Positions 42,406 to 53,028 of a stretch of 64,000 bases of DNA are shown here, in pieces (the first letter of the stretch is position 1; each line of letters begins with the position of its first letter). The stretch spans positions 1,248,001 to 1,312,000 of the forward strand of contig CAWEJX010000020.1 of NCBI GenBank assembly GCA_963809485.1. Direction: 5' to 3'. The stretch is from an uncultured Acidobacteriota bacterium. Its GTDB lineage: Bacteria > Acidobacteriota > UBA6911. The position numbers and the translations under genes were made by a program. Under the pieces are notes generated by a model. It worked only from the letters and a program-made list of their open reading frames with translations. It was not told where the DNA came from and did not search any database.

Positions 42406-42609
42406 TCAAGACTGCGCTTTGTGAAAGGCGTACAGGAAAGCCACAACACTCAGCCCGGCAAAGGCATAGATGAGGGATGTCAACAACCTCATCGCAGGAA
42501 TCAAACCTCGCACAACGCCTAATACATCGGTGATCAGACCTGCGATCAACAGGATCGTCACCAGGACCATTCCCACAAGTGCCAGAAATGCCGTATTCTT
42601 CGGTGTCAT
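42406..42609 (-). CDS. Small 2-TM membrane protein
   Basis: Two hydrophobic helices in a 67-aa ORF. Confidence 0.65.
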   Translation of the reverse strand: MTPKNTAFLALVGMVLVTILLIAGLITDVLGVVRGLIPAMRLLTSLIYAFAGLSVVAFLYAFHKAQS

Positions 42610-42758
42610 GGTCAAAGTATGAGCGCTTTAGGCACCCTCGACAAGAGCCGATGGACAGGAATTGAGAAAGAACAACCAACCATGTCGAATGCGCACTTCC
42701 CCTCGTTTTTTTATTTCAACTGGCTTTGCCCAAGATTTTCCATCCTCTCTAACTGCGA

Positions 42759-42823
42759 TGAGCAACATTGACCAGACGTATGAGCCATACGGAACGGACA
42801 CGCCCAATGCCCAGCGTTATAAA
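42759..42823 (+). promoter_or_regulatory. Tandem-box promoter copy H
   Basis: TGAGCAACATTGACCA-N6-TGAGCCATACGGAACGGACA-N17-TATAAA. Confidence 0.85.
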
Positions 42824-42972
42824 TATGCTGTGCCTCAAGATGTCAGCTATATCGGGTATGAGGCGTATGCCAGACGCGAGCGAGATGTTCGCACTCGAGT
42901 TTTTCACGACGGTGAAGTCCGCTTGCGAGGGCTGGCTTACAAAAGTTAAGGAATGATCTTGGGAGGCTCAAA

Positions 42973-43059
42973 ATGTCAATGGAAACTATTCTTATCGTTG
43001 TTTTGGTGTTGTTTTTAATCGGTGGCGGGGGCTACGGATACTCACGTTGGCACAGGTAG
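42973..43059 (+). CDS. 28-aa single-TM microprotein (DUF3309-like)
   Basis: MSMETILIVVLVLFLIGGGGYGYSRWHR; GGGAGG RBS. Confidence 0.75.
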   Translation: MSMETILIVVLVLFLIGGGGYGYSRWHR

Positions 43060-43122
43060 AGCCCTTGCATTGAACGCAAAGATGCTTGCACGCACAAAGG
43101 AGAGTCCCATGCATTCGATCCA

Positions 43123-43278
43123 ATGCGCGCAATTGTAATACTGCTTCTTCTGATTGCTGGAACCGGATGTTCGCAGAATCTCTCCCGCGATATGAAAGAC
43201 AACGTCAAAAAGTCCCTGGAGCAAGCCGGCTTCAATGACCTAATGCGGGCGGGATTTCTGAGAGCATGCTGTTCATGA
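43123..43278 (+). pseudogene. Truncated lipoprotein (BON-like N-terminus)
   Basis: MRAIVILLLLIAGTGC lipobox, then DMKDNVKKSLEQAGFND, then an early stop. Confidence 0.45.
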
Positions 43279-43322
43279 GCGCAAGCCGGCGATATGCCGG
43301 CATTTCGGGAATGGAGGAACAA

Positions 43323-45087
43323 ATGGTTACACACAATGCAGGAAGCTCCAATGCCGGTTTTACCAGACCGCCCGCCAGGGATCTGCGTCACCCGGTCATG
43401 CTGGCAGCGCTCCTTGCGCTTGTATTGGCTCCTCTGGCTTTTTCGCAGCGAACACCCCTGAAGCCAGGCTGGAATATGTTCTCGCCGCAGCAGGATGTAG
43501 AAATGGGCCAACAAGTCTCTCGTGATGCGGAGCAGCAAGTGCAAATGCTCAACGACACGCGGGTGGATAATTACCTGAACAATCTGGGGCGAACACTCGC
43601 AGACCATACGCCCGGCGAACAGTATCCAATATCAGTATAAGTGCGTTAATGACCGGGCAATAAATGCTTTTGCGCTGCCCGGGGGATTCGTCTACATCAA
43701 CCGCGGCGTGATCGAGGCCGCCGACAACGAAGCGCAGCTCGCAGGCGTAATGGCGCACGAAACTTCGCACGTGGCCCTCCGCCACGGAACCAACCAGGCT
43801 TCCAAGGCATACGTCGCCCAGGTGCCTCTGGCCATCCTCGGCGGCGTGATGGGCAATAAAAACTCCATGGGAGCCATACTTGCACAACTGGGCGCGGATT
43901 TCGCGACAAATTCGCTGCTACTCAAGTATTCGCGAACAGGTGAAAGCCAGGCGGACGAGATGGGGACGCAAATCCTCTACGATTCGGGCTACGACCCGCG
44001 CGCCATGGCCCAGTTCTTTGAAAAAATCCAGGCGGAAGACAGGAGCGGGAACCCGGTGGAATTCTTCAGCAACCACCCAAACCCTGAAAACCGTATGGAG
44101 CGCGTCGACCAGGAGATTAAGCTCCTCGGCGGATCGCCGCGTGGCAACAAAACTGATTCCCGGGAATTCCAGGAGATTAAGCGCTATGTTATGTCACTTC
44201 CGGCGCCTCGGGCGAAAAGCAGCACGCAAAGTTTAACGGGAAACACCGGCAGTGGCGATCGTGGGCGGCGCGGCACGCTTGGATTACGCATTCTGTCCGC
44301 GCGCTATGGCGCCCAGGATCGATTCGCTGACGTCCGTCAGCTGTTGCAGTCTCGCGTGCAGAACGACCGGCTGAATTTACAGGTGACCAATGCGTCGATG
44401 GGCGGCGACCCCATTAGCGGCAGGAAGGCGCTTCTTATCAGCTATGAATGGGCGGGCAGAACCTACGATGCAGTAGTGCAGGAGAATCAGTGGGTGACCA
44501 TCCCCACCGAGCAACAGCAGACGGGAAGCTCGGTATCGAGCGACACTCGACCCGCGTGGCCGTCAAACCGTGTGAAGCCTTTTGAAAACTCCGTTTTGCG
44601 CATTGAGCATCCGGACAACTGGCAGGCCTACGGGCAGGGAGACGTTGCGGCCACGATTAAGCCCGACAGGGGCATGGTAGAGGATGGGCAGGGCAACCAG
44701 GCAATGGCTTACGGCGTCATCGTCAACATGTATGAGCTTCGCGCTGACAGCTATTATCAGAAGCAGTTGCAGCCCGAAGGCTACGGGCAGTCTTCCGAAC
44801 AGTCCCTGGAAGATGCCACAAACCGGTTGATTGAAGAGCTCCGCCGTTCCAATCAAGGCATGAGAACCATTCGCTCGCCCGAGAGCATTCGAGTAGACGG
44901 GGAGCGTGCCCTTTCCACCGACCTCTCAAACGAATCGCCGCTGGGAGGTCGCGAGACGGATTGGCTGGTCACCGTGCCGCGCCCGGAAGGCTTGCTCTTC
45001 TTTGTTTTCGTCGCACCCGACGGCGACTTCCAGAGCTACAACCACACCTTCCGGGTCATGCTTGATTCGGTCCGCTTCCGCCGATAG
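43323..45087 (+). CDS. M48 family metalloprotease with C-terminal extra domains, frameshift near 43629
   Basis: Signal peptide; NAFALPGG, HETSH, ESQADE and FSNHP; start codon uncertain. Confidence 0.85.
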
Positions 45088-45258
45088 ATGCCGGGCATCG
45101 CGCCATGGCATGGTGCCGGGCGAGGAATTGTCCCCGCCCGGATTTATCGCGGTAGTTTTAAGCCGCGGCTTGGGCTATCTCCAACAATGCGTGCGTGCGT
45201 TACACGGCGGAAAGCTCAATCGGCTCCAAGCTGCCGTTTGCCTCCTCATCAACGGCGA

Positions 45259-45323
45259 TGAGCAATTTTGACCACCCATGTGAGCTGTACTGAACTGACA
45301 CATGGATGGCTGACAGGTATTAA
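45259..45323 (+). promoter_or_regulatory. Tandem-box promoter copy I
   Basis: TGAGCAATTTTGACCA-N6-TGAGCTGTACTGAACTGACA-N17-TATTAA. Confidence 0.88.
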
Positions 45324-45386
45324 AAGTGTAGGCCCTATCCGCCAACCATAATCTGTGGGAGGCGGGAATCAGAGGGGAGGATCAGT

Positions 45387-45700
45387 ATGCTCTGGATAAT
45401 CTGTGTTTCTTTGTGGCTACTGGGACTTGTCCCTCCTTACACTTTATTGACAATCGCGAAATATAGTGACAGAAAAATTCCGAGCCCCGAAGGGGCGGAA
45501 AGAAGAATAGCTCCGGGCTCACGCCCGTGGTTGGGAGCATGGAACAAAGAGAAGCCCCTGAAGGGCATCCCATGTATCCTTGGAATAGCGTCCCTATAAT
45601 ATCTGATCCTCATTAGGTGGTTTCAACCACTATCCTGCTGGTGGTGGACATTGTCATGGCCCGGGTTCAGTTCATTCAAAGCCCAAGAGGAATCGCATAA
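45387..45700 (+). pseudogene. lmo0937-family gene split by a ~170 bp REP-like insertion
   Basis: MLWII..LWLLGLVPPYTL, insertion, then LGGFNH/ILLVVDIVM..QFIQ. Confidence 0.65.
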
Positions 45701-45717
45701 TTGCAGAGAGGAAACAA

Positions 45718-45942
45718 ATGAAACCGATCACTTGGATTGGGATTCTGTTAGTGGTTGTAGGTGCACTGGCGCTCGCCTATCAAGGCATCAACTACACTCG
45801 AACGGAAAAGGTATTTGACCTGGGACCGATTCATGCCACGGCCGAGAAGCAGGAACGGATTCCCCTTCCTCCTATAGTCGGAGGACTGGCGTTGGTTGGA
45901 GGAGTTGCCTTGCTGGTCGTGGGCGCGAGGAAAAAAACATAG
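45718..45942 (+). CDS. DUF3185-like small membrane protein
   Basis: TM, YTRTEKVFDLGPIHAT...IPLPP, TM. Confidence 0.82.
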   Translation: MKPITWIGILLVVVGALALAYQGINYTRTEKVFDLGPIHATAEKQERIPLPPIVGGLALVGGVALLVVGARKKT

Positions 45943-46011
45943 CGGGAATCACGGAGTGGAGAGGTTTGAGCGATCGCAGCATTAAACATCACCCGCAGAG
46001 AGGTGGTTCCT

Positions 46012-46995
46012 ATGAGCCGGGCGGGGGTGACTCGTTGGATGAAGCCGGGTCTTTCGGCAGTATCGACGGCATCCGCCAATATAAAGGCCATCTGGGCCCT
46101 GCTCAAAGACGCAGGCTCTGCATGGCTCCAAAACAATGCACCGAGCATGGGTGCAGCGCTGGCGTTTTATGCAATCCTTTCGTTAGCTCCAGTCTTGATT
46201 GTCGCGACAGCGGTTGCGGGTCTAGGATTTTGGCAAAAACTGGCTGAGGCTGAGGTCTGGCGGCACATTCAAGCGCTGGCTGGTGAAACGAATGCCAGGA
46301 TTCTTCAGACTGCAATCCTAAGCGGCGACCGTCCCGCGCATGGCGCCATTGTCAGCACGATTGGTGTAGGAACAATGCTAGTCGGCGCCTCAGGCGCCTT
46401 TGTGGAACTCCAGGACGCGTTCAATAAGATCTGGAGAGTTGAGAGGAAACCAGGAAGTATCCTTCTGAGAGCGATTAAGCAGCGATTTCTTTCATTCAGC
46501 CTGGTTCTGTGCACGGGCGTTCTTTTGCTGTTCTCACTCATCTCCAGCGCCGCACTCGGGGCTGTGAAAAGATCCATGGACCATCCACTTCCTTTGCCCG
46601 TGTTTTTTTTGGAGTCGGTTGATTTTATCTTCTGGTGCGGTGTGATAACGCTGCTGCTCGCTGCGATCTTTAAACTGCTACCGGATGCCGAGATTGCCTG
46701 GCATGACGTGTGGATCGGTGCGGCAATTGCCTCACTTCTTTTCACGACCGGCAAGGTGCTGATCGGGTTGTATCTCGCCGGATCCGCTGTAACTTCAGCA
46801 TACGGGGCTGTGTCATCCCTCCTCCTTGTCCTTGTCTGGATCTATTACTCTGCGCAGATTGTTCTCTTCGGTGCGGAAATCACGCACGTCTACGCCAACA
46901 AACACAGCTTGCGAGTTGAATTGGCCTCTCGCACAGCGGCTCCTGGCCGAGGGGCCAATATCTTATCTCATCACCTCACCCGGGTTGAGCGCTAA
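46012..46995 (+). CDS. YihY/BrkB family membrane protein
   Basis: GAALAFYAILSLAP, LQDAFNKIW and YGA...LVWIYYSAQIVLFGAE. Confidence 0.9.
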   Translation: MSRAGVTRWMKPGLSAVSTASANIKAIWALLKDAGSAWLQNNAPSMGAALAFYAILSLAPVLIVATAVAGLGFWQKLAEAEVWRHIQALAGETNARILQTAILSGDRPAHGAIVSTIGVGTMLVGASGAFVELQDAFNKIWRVERKPGSILLRAIKQRFLSFSLVLCTGVLLLFSLISSAALGAVKRSMDHPLPLPVFFLESVDFIFWCGVITLLLAAIFKLLPDAEIAWHDVWIGAAIASLLFTTGKVLIGLYLAGSAVTSAYGAVSSLLLVLVWIYYSAQIVLFGAEITHVYANKHSLRVELASRTAAPGRGANILSHHLTRVER

Positions 46996-47004
46996 CGGAT
47001 CGAA

Positions 47005-48081
47005 ATGTTCATACATGGGCTTGATCGTCGCGCGGCCAGCTATACCTGGACAGTGGCGTTCATTCTATTAGTGCTGGGAGTGGTCTATCTCATTCGAGAG
47101 ACTCTTTTCGTCTTTGCGTTGGCGCTGCTGTTTTCCTACCTGCTGCGGCCGTTGGTCTACTATCTCGATCGCCGGCTGCCGGGGCGATCCAGGGCACCGG
47201 CACTCGCCATCGTTTATTTATCCCTGGTCGGATTGCTGATTGCAGTCGGAATTACAGTTGGCTCTCGAGTCGTGCTGCAGGCGAATGCACTGGCGCTGAG
47301 AATTCCGGAACTCCTTTCCAGACTCGAACAACCGGTCGAGCTTATCGTGTCACCATCCCTTCCAACATTTATGGAGACGGTGATCTTAATCCTGCAAAGG
47401 CAGATCGTTGAACATTCGCGAGACCTTTTATCACTCCTGCCCAATGTAGTTTTGGGCGCTTTGTCACATGCCGGACGTCTTATTTACATCGTGCTGGTGC
47501 CAGTCCTGGGCTTTTTCTTCCTAAAAGACGGCCCTGAGTATCGCAATTCCATATTGGAGATGCTAGCCGAGGGATCCCGACGTAATGAGATCAGGGAAAT
47601 TGCGGCCGACGTGAACCTGTTGCTCGCCGAGTACATGCGAGCCTTGGTGCTGCTGGCGGTAGCGGTATTCGCAGCCTACGGGTTGTTTTTCTCTCTAATC
47701 GGCGTTCCTTATGGAATTTTGCTGGCGGCCATTGCCTTTTTTCTTGAGTTTATACCTGTTGTAGGGCCCTTGGTGGCCGTGGTTGCCATCCTGATGGTCG
47801 CCGGACTGAGCGGTTTTCATCATCTGCTTTGGATTTTCGTTTTTCTGGCGGTTTTCCGCATTTTTCAGGATTATGTTTTGTCACCTAAACTGCTGAGCAA
47901 AGGCGCGAAACTGCAACCCGTGGTGGTGATCTTCGGAATCCTCGCAGGTGGGCAAATTGCAGGAATCCCCGGCATCTTTTTTTCCGTACCTGTTTTGGCA
48001 ACCCTCCGAATCCTATATCGGCAGCTGAAAAAGAAACTCCTTGACTCCGCGATCAACAGGGCGGAGACCGGATTTCCTTAG
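47005..48081 (+). CDS. AI-2E family transporter
   Basis: YLLRP, FFFLKDG, EFIPVVGP and QDYVLSPKL. Confidence 0.9.
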   Translation: MFIHGLDRRAASYTWTVAFILLVLGVVYLIRETLFVFALALLFSYLLRPLVYYLDRRLPGRSRAPALAIVYLSLVGLLIAVGITVGSRVVLQANALALRIPELLSRLEQPVELIVSPSLPTFMETVILILQRQIVEHSRDLLSLLPNVVLGALSHAGRLIYIVLVPVLGFFFLKDGPEYRNSILEMLAEGSRRNEIREIAADVNLLLAEYMRALVLLAVAVFAAYGLFFSLIGVPYGILLAAIAFFLEFIPVVGPLVAVVAILMVAGLSGFHHLLWIFVFLAVFRIFQDYVLSPKLLSKGAKLQPVVVIFGILAGGQIAGIPGIFFSVPVLATLRILYRQLKKKLLDSAINRAETGFP

Positions 48082-48174
48082 GATTCGCAGTCGATGACGA
48101 TTCAGCAGAACTCGCGGGCCACCTTGCTGCAATTTCGATCTGGCCAAAACATAAATTCCCTCTCTCGTAGTAGG

Positions 48175-48239
48175 TGAGCAATTGTGATCGGATGTATGAG
48201 CGGTACTGAACTGACACATGATTTGCTCCAGAGTATAAA
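48175..48239 (+). promoter_or_regulatory. Tandem-box promoter copy J
   Basis: TGAGCAATTGTGATCG-N6-TGAGCGGTACTGAACTGACA-N17-TATAAA. Confidence 0.85.
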
Positions 48240-48311
48240 TGGAATGAAGATTGGTGATTGACATGCGTTAACACTTTCGGAATGGGAAGAAAGAGAAAAG
48301 GAGATTCAGTC

Positions 48312-48461
48312 ATGTTGTGGACAATTGCAGGAATTTTACTCGTGCTATGGCTTCTGGGCTTTTCCATGAATTTTGGCGGCGGTTTAATTCACGCCCTGCT
48401 GGTAATCGCGATTTTGGTGTTTGCCTATAATTTGTTTATCGGCCGCCGCTCTTCGGCCTAG
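48312..48461 (+). CDS. lmo0937 family small membrane protein
   Basis: MLWTIAGILLVLWLLG...GGLIHALLVIA...GRR; AGGAG RBS. Confidence 0.88.
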   Translation: MLWTIAGILLVLWLLGFSMNFGGGLIHALLVIAILVFAYNLFIGRRSSA

Positions 48462-48860
48462 CGTCCGAACTGAGCGGCCGGAAAGTGATTTTCAGATTGA
48501 ACCTTGTTCGAGTGAAGTCATCCCTCATGGGTAGGGATGATCAATCGTGATCAGATGATGGGAGACGCGCGGAACGGATGCGTGATTTACGCCAGAGTAT
48601 ACATAGAAGGAGGAGTGGCGCAGCACCGTGTGGCGATAGCGACTCGAATGACGAGCTGTATGGCAAGAAACTTACGGATGAACAAATTGTGATGGGCAAA
48701 ATCAAAACGCATGCCGCGGCATCCGAATTTTCGGTGGAATTGAACCTATGTCCATAGATCCAGGTCTCGTCGCATCGGAGGCAGAGATCAATAAAGTGGC
48801 AGAAATCCGCTACTGTTCCGCATCAAATAATCCTCAGTTAGTTCTGCGAATGAACCTCCT

Positions 48861-48905
48861 AAAAAGGAAACAGGGAGGGAGAGAATGTCACCCTCCCTGT
48901 TTCCT
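48861..48905 (-). terminator. Intrinsic terminator downstream of the Hsp20 gene
   Basis: 15-bp stem aggaaacagggaggg/ccctccctgtttcct followed by a T-run on the minus strand. Confidence 0.7.
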
Positions 48906-49079
48906 CCACTTTCCACGAAATAGCGCGGTCATTGCAGAGAAATAAAGGATAGGTACCTTCAAGGAAGTAACCCGGGCAGGGCTCGCCCCTTCGGTCCCCA
49001 CGGAACAGCCAGGATTAAGCAAGAATAATGAGAGAAGGGTTGTGCAAAGGCCTGGCCGTGAATATATCGTTTAAAAGCC

Positions 49080-49439
49080 TTACAATTTAGCAGGTCCTGA
49101 GACCTCGGTTATTTTGGACTTGATGTCCGGGCCAATTGCTTTGATGGCAACTTTCACCGCATCCTCCATCGGGTCTTTGAAGGGCACCTCGATTCGGAGT
49201 AGGCCGTGCTCGTAGGTCGCTTCGGCTTTGACAGGTTTCACCGGCCAGCCTAAAGCCAGTGCTGAAACATATTCAATGTCCCTTGCCGGCGCTGTCAGGT
49301 GGATGCTGTCTTCCAGGATCTTCACATCAATAGTATCTGTTGGCGCTCCCGGGATGGCGAACTCGACTACCAGCTTGTGGTTCTCCGCGTCCGCATACGC
49401 AACTGTATTAGGTGCAACCTTGATTCGATATTCCGACAT
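49080..49439 (-). CDS. Hsp20/alpha-crystallin small heat-shock protein
   Basis: FAIPGA...IDVKI...AEATYEHGLLRIEVP. Confidence 0.88.
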   Translation of the reverse strand: MSEYRIKVAPNTVAYADAENHKLVVEFAIPGAPTDTIDVKILEDSIHLTAPARDIEYVSALALGWPVKPVKAEATYEHGLLRIEVPFKDPMEDAVKVAIKAIGPDIKSKITEVSGPAKL

Positions 49440-49625
49440 TCTGCTACCCTCCTTTTTTCACCAAGCTATTGATTTCATTGAAGCCGTCATGGCTGATGCT
49501 CTGAAACGATCCCCCGCAGGATAAGTTTTCCGGTCTTTCGGGGGGACGCTGTATGGTGCAGCTCCCCTTGTTCTTCTTGGTCAAGGGGAGCCAGGTGCCG
49601 TTTTGGGACGCGGTCGGCTCAGTTT

Positions 49626-49830
49626 TTAGCGAAGCGACTGCAAGTTAAGGATTTGCGACAAAATGCTGCCCAGCATGCTGAACGAGCCGTTGGATTGGCT
49701 ACCGTATTGAGTACGGTTGTTGTAGCCATCTTCATAACCGCGGCGGACGCCCTCGCGAAAGTAGTAGTTGTAGTCGGCCTGGCTAACACTATAACCACCA
49801 TATCCGTAGTTCGCGTCCTGATTGATGTTC
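49626..49830 (-). pseudogene. C-terminal remnant of a Tyr/Gly-rich secreted protein
   Basis: DANYGYGGY...YNYYFREGVRRGYEDGY, preceded by an in-frame stop and no start. Confidence 0.5.
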
Positions 49831-50364
49831 GGATATGAGCCTGGTCAGCGGTCCAGGATGTTGCGATAGGAAAAAACCAACGGTATGGAGCCGAACAGCA
49901 AGATGATGAGCAACAGGGCGCCGCAGATGATGATCCACCGCCTCAAGGAATAATTCTTAATCGGCACGGCATGCAGGCCCTCGTTCATAGGTAACTCCTA
50001 CGGAGCAGGGCTGGATTCTGCCCGCTGTGAACATCTCCACTACATCGAAATGAATTCTCGAAAGCATCCGTCGATCCCGATCTGCGTGTCGCCTTGGCCA
50101 TTGGGGATTCGGAATCTTCAGAGCCACGATCATTGGGATCAGCATTGCCGATCTCCAAAACAAAGGCTGTTCACAATCGCACACAACGATGTTCCCTATT
50201 GCTCACGGCGGCCCCAGGAGCGGCTGTACCCTGAAATGTTGCTGCGACGGAAGCAGCTTTCATGCAAACAAACCGCTGACGCACTCTGACCCGCACCGAC
50301 CCACGCCGGCAATGCATGCAGGGAAATGAGTGCGGAGGACGCAATTGCCCCTCGCTGGCCGAAA

Positions 50365-50430
50365 TGAGCAATTTTGAACACATGTTTGTGTAATTTGGAA
50401 CAGACGCCTGATTTGAACTGAGCATAATAG
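50365..50430 (+). promoter_or_regulatory. Tandem-box promoter copy K
   Basis: TGAGCAATTTTGAACA-N6-TGTGTAATTTGGAACAGACG-N18-TATAAT. Confidence 0.8.
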
Positions 50431-50598
50431 AATGAAGAGTTTGATCCCGAGAATCCAGCGGAGCCGGCAACAAGGTGCGACCCATGATGCGTAAACTCGG
50501 GATGAGGTGTTTCGCATGTCAACGTCATTGCGCGGCGATCCAGATTAGCCGATGCATTTGGGTGACACAATGTTGAGACGCGCACCCCGGTTGGGACC

Positions 50599-52464
50599 AT
50601 GCGTTGGAGGCCATTGGAGATGGAACTAAGGGGCGTGGAGCCCAAAAGTAAGCTTGCTGTTTTCAAACCGCGTCCGCCAAAACGCGAAAGGGCCGGGCAG
50701 GCGGACCCTGATGGGCATGGTAGGGACACAAAGCGCAGTCCGGCGGAAGTGTCCGGGCGTTTCGCGAGCGCGTTCATCAATGCTCCCATCGGCATGGCGC
50801 TCATTGACATGGATGGCCGCTGGCTGCAGGTCAACCACGCACTCTGCCGCATAACCGGCCATGCGGAGAGCGAGCTGCAGGCAAAGACCCTGCGGTCTCT
50901 CACGCATCCTGACGACATCGATCTCGATGTGCCGTTGCTGCGACAGTTGCTCGACGCAGAGATTTCCAGCTACCAGGTTGAGAAGCGCTTCCTTCACGCC
51001 TGGGGCCACTTTGTCTGGACAACGGTGACCGTTTCGCTCGTCAGCGATGAGGACGGTCAGGCGCTCTATCTAATCACGCAGTTTCAAGACATTTCAGAGC
51101 GCAAGGAGTTGGCGGGACGCCTCGAATATCTGGTGGATCATGATTTCCTTACCGGTTTGTCCAATCGACGGCACTTCGAGCAGGAGCTTGCCCACGAGGT
51201 TGAGCGCGCGGCGCGCTATGGTTCCCCCGGGACGGTGCTTTTGATCGACGTGGACAATTTCAAGACTGTAAACGATACTTTTGGCCACATGGCGGGTGAT
51301 GATCTGCTCAAAGGAATTGCAGGATTATTGAAGCACCGCATGCGTCATACCGATACCCTTGCCCGCGTCGGTGGAGATGAGTTCGCGGTGCTGCTTCCGC
51401 AGACTAATGCCAGGCAGGCATCGGTTATGGCCGCCGACTTCGCGAAAGCATTGGACAAGCAGACGGCGGTGCTGGCCAATAAGTCCGTCCACATTACGGC
51501 AAGTGTTGGGATCGCCTCGTTTGACGACCTCAGCGATGTGGAGGTGCTGGAGTGTGCCGATGTTGCGATGTATGGAGCCAAGCAGGCAGGCCGGAATCGA
51601 ATTGTCATTTACACGCCGTTCTCGGGAGACCGGAATCAGGGGTCTTCGCGGCAAAGTGAGGCCGATCGGATCCGCCAGGCGGTCGAAGAGGATCAATTCC
51701 TTCTCTATGGCCAGCCTATCCTGGATCTCGCGACGAATAAGGTCAGCCAATATGAGCTCCTGCTGCGGCTTCCGAGGGTTCAAGGCTTCGAGCCTCTGGC
51801 GCCAAACTCATTTCTATATGTCGCGGAACGTTTGGGCTTGATCCTCTCGATTGACAGTTGGGTGATACGCAAAGCGATCGCAATCATCGCATCCTACCAG
51901 CATGCCGGGCGAAGGCTGACGCTCAACGTGAACCTTTCGGGTAAATCGATTGGCGATCCCAAACTTGCCGGGCTTATCGAAGACGCGCTGGTGGAGGGAG
52001 GGATTGATCCCGCATGCCTGATCCTCGAGATTACCGAAACGGCGGCAATCGCAAGTTTGCAGCAGGCGCGTGCCTTTGCCGATCGGATGCACAGCTATGG
52101 CTGCCGGCTCGCGTTGGATAACTTCGGCGCGGGTCTTGCGTCCTTCTATTACCTCAAGAATTTCCCCTTCGACTACCTTAAAATCGACGGTGAGTTCATT
52201 CGTCGCATTCGCATCAATTCGGTGGACCACCTAGTCGTCCAAGCTATTGTGTGCATCGCGCAGGGAATGGGCAAAAAGACCGTTGCCGAATTTGTTGCAG
52301 ATGCGGATGCCGTCTGTATGCTCCGCGACATCGGCGTCGACTACGCGCAGGGATACCATATCGGTTTGCCAGGACCCGTTGCGGACGTTCTCCCTGCTAT
52401 TGATACGAAGCTCTCGTGTCGGCCGCATTCGGACTTGTTGCAGCATTCCTTGATGCGCACCTAA
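50599..52464 (+). CDS. PAS-GGDEF-EAL diguanylate cyclase/phosphodiesterase
   Basis: PAS, GGDEF, YELLLR, LDNFGAG and LKIDGEF. Confidence 0.93.
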   Translation: MRWRPLEMELRGVEPKSKLAVFKPRPPKRERAGQADPDGHGRDTKRSPAEVSGRFASAFINAPIGMALIDMDGRWLQVNHALCRITGHAESELQAKTLRSLTHPDDIDLDVPLLRQLLDAEISSYQVEKRFLHAWGHFVWTTVTVSLVSDEDGQALYLITQFQDISERKELAGRLEYLVDHDFLTGLSNRRHFEQELAHEVERAARYGSPGTVLLIDVDNFKTVNDTFGHMAGDDLLKGIAGLLKHRMRHTDTLARVGGDEFAVLLPQTNARQASVMAADFAKALDKQTAVLANKSVHITASVGIASFDDLSDVEVLECADVAMYGAKQAGRNRIVIYTPFSGDRNQGSSRQSEADRIRQAVEEDQFLLYGQPILDLATNKVSQYELLLRLPRVQGFEPLAPNSFLYVAERLGLILSIDSWVIRKAIAIIASYQHAGRRLTLNVNLSGKSIGDPKLAGLIEDALVEGGIDPACLILEITETAAIASLQQARAFADRMHSYGCRLALDNFGAGLASFYYLKNFPFDYLKIDGEFIRRIRINSVDHLVVQAIVCIAQGMGKKTVAEFVADADAVCMLRDIGVDYAQGYHIGLPGPVADVLPAIDTKLSCRPHSDLLQHSLMRT

Positions 52465-52515
52465 CCAGGAACCGGTTGCCTTTCTGGAATACGGAAAAAT
52501 CAAAAAGCAGCCACG

Positions 52516-52903
52516 AGTCAGGCACCTCCGGCAAAGCCGGAAGCTTGAAAGATTTGAACCGCTCAAAGCGGTTGGAGGAGTCCCACCGGTCTTGAACGCT
52601 GACTTACACAGGCAAAAGCCGATGAGGCGCTTCCAATCCCCACAGGGGCCAGCGCTCCGCGCTGGACAGTTTTCCGGGCATTGTGGCAAACGCCCGGTTT
52701 CTCATATCCTCCATCTCCTTGCCGCACGGCGCTTGCCACAGTGCCCGGAAAACTCCATCGGAAGCGCCTCATCAGCTATTGCTCGCCGACCCTCGCCGAC
52801 CAGATCGGCGTTTGTCAGCGCATTGGTCAGCGTATCTCAGCGTTTCAAAATAGGGAGCTGTCAAACTCTATGAGTCCCCCGGCAGAGCCGGGGATTTACC
52901 AAT
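52516..52903 (-). mobile_element. Non-autonomous IS200/IS605-like MITE with internal nested palindrome
   Basis: Same ends as 7804-8037, with a longer inverted-repeat interior. Confidence 0.7.
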
Positions 52904-52963
52904 AGAATTATACGAATGTTGCATCCATCAGCGGTTCGCGCATGGGCTGTCCCAGCCTGCCTT

Positions 52964-53028
52964 TGAGCAATTTTGACCAAACGTTTGAGCAGTACTGAAC
53001 TGACACACGAGATGCCCCAGGCTATAAA
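52964..53028 (+). promoter_or_regulatory. Tandem-box promoter copy L (sortase locus)
   Basis: TGAGCAATTTTGACCA-N6-TGAGCAGTACTGAACTGACA-N17-TATAAA (equals the consensus). Confidence 0.9.
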
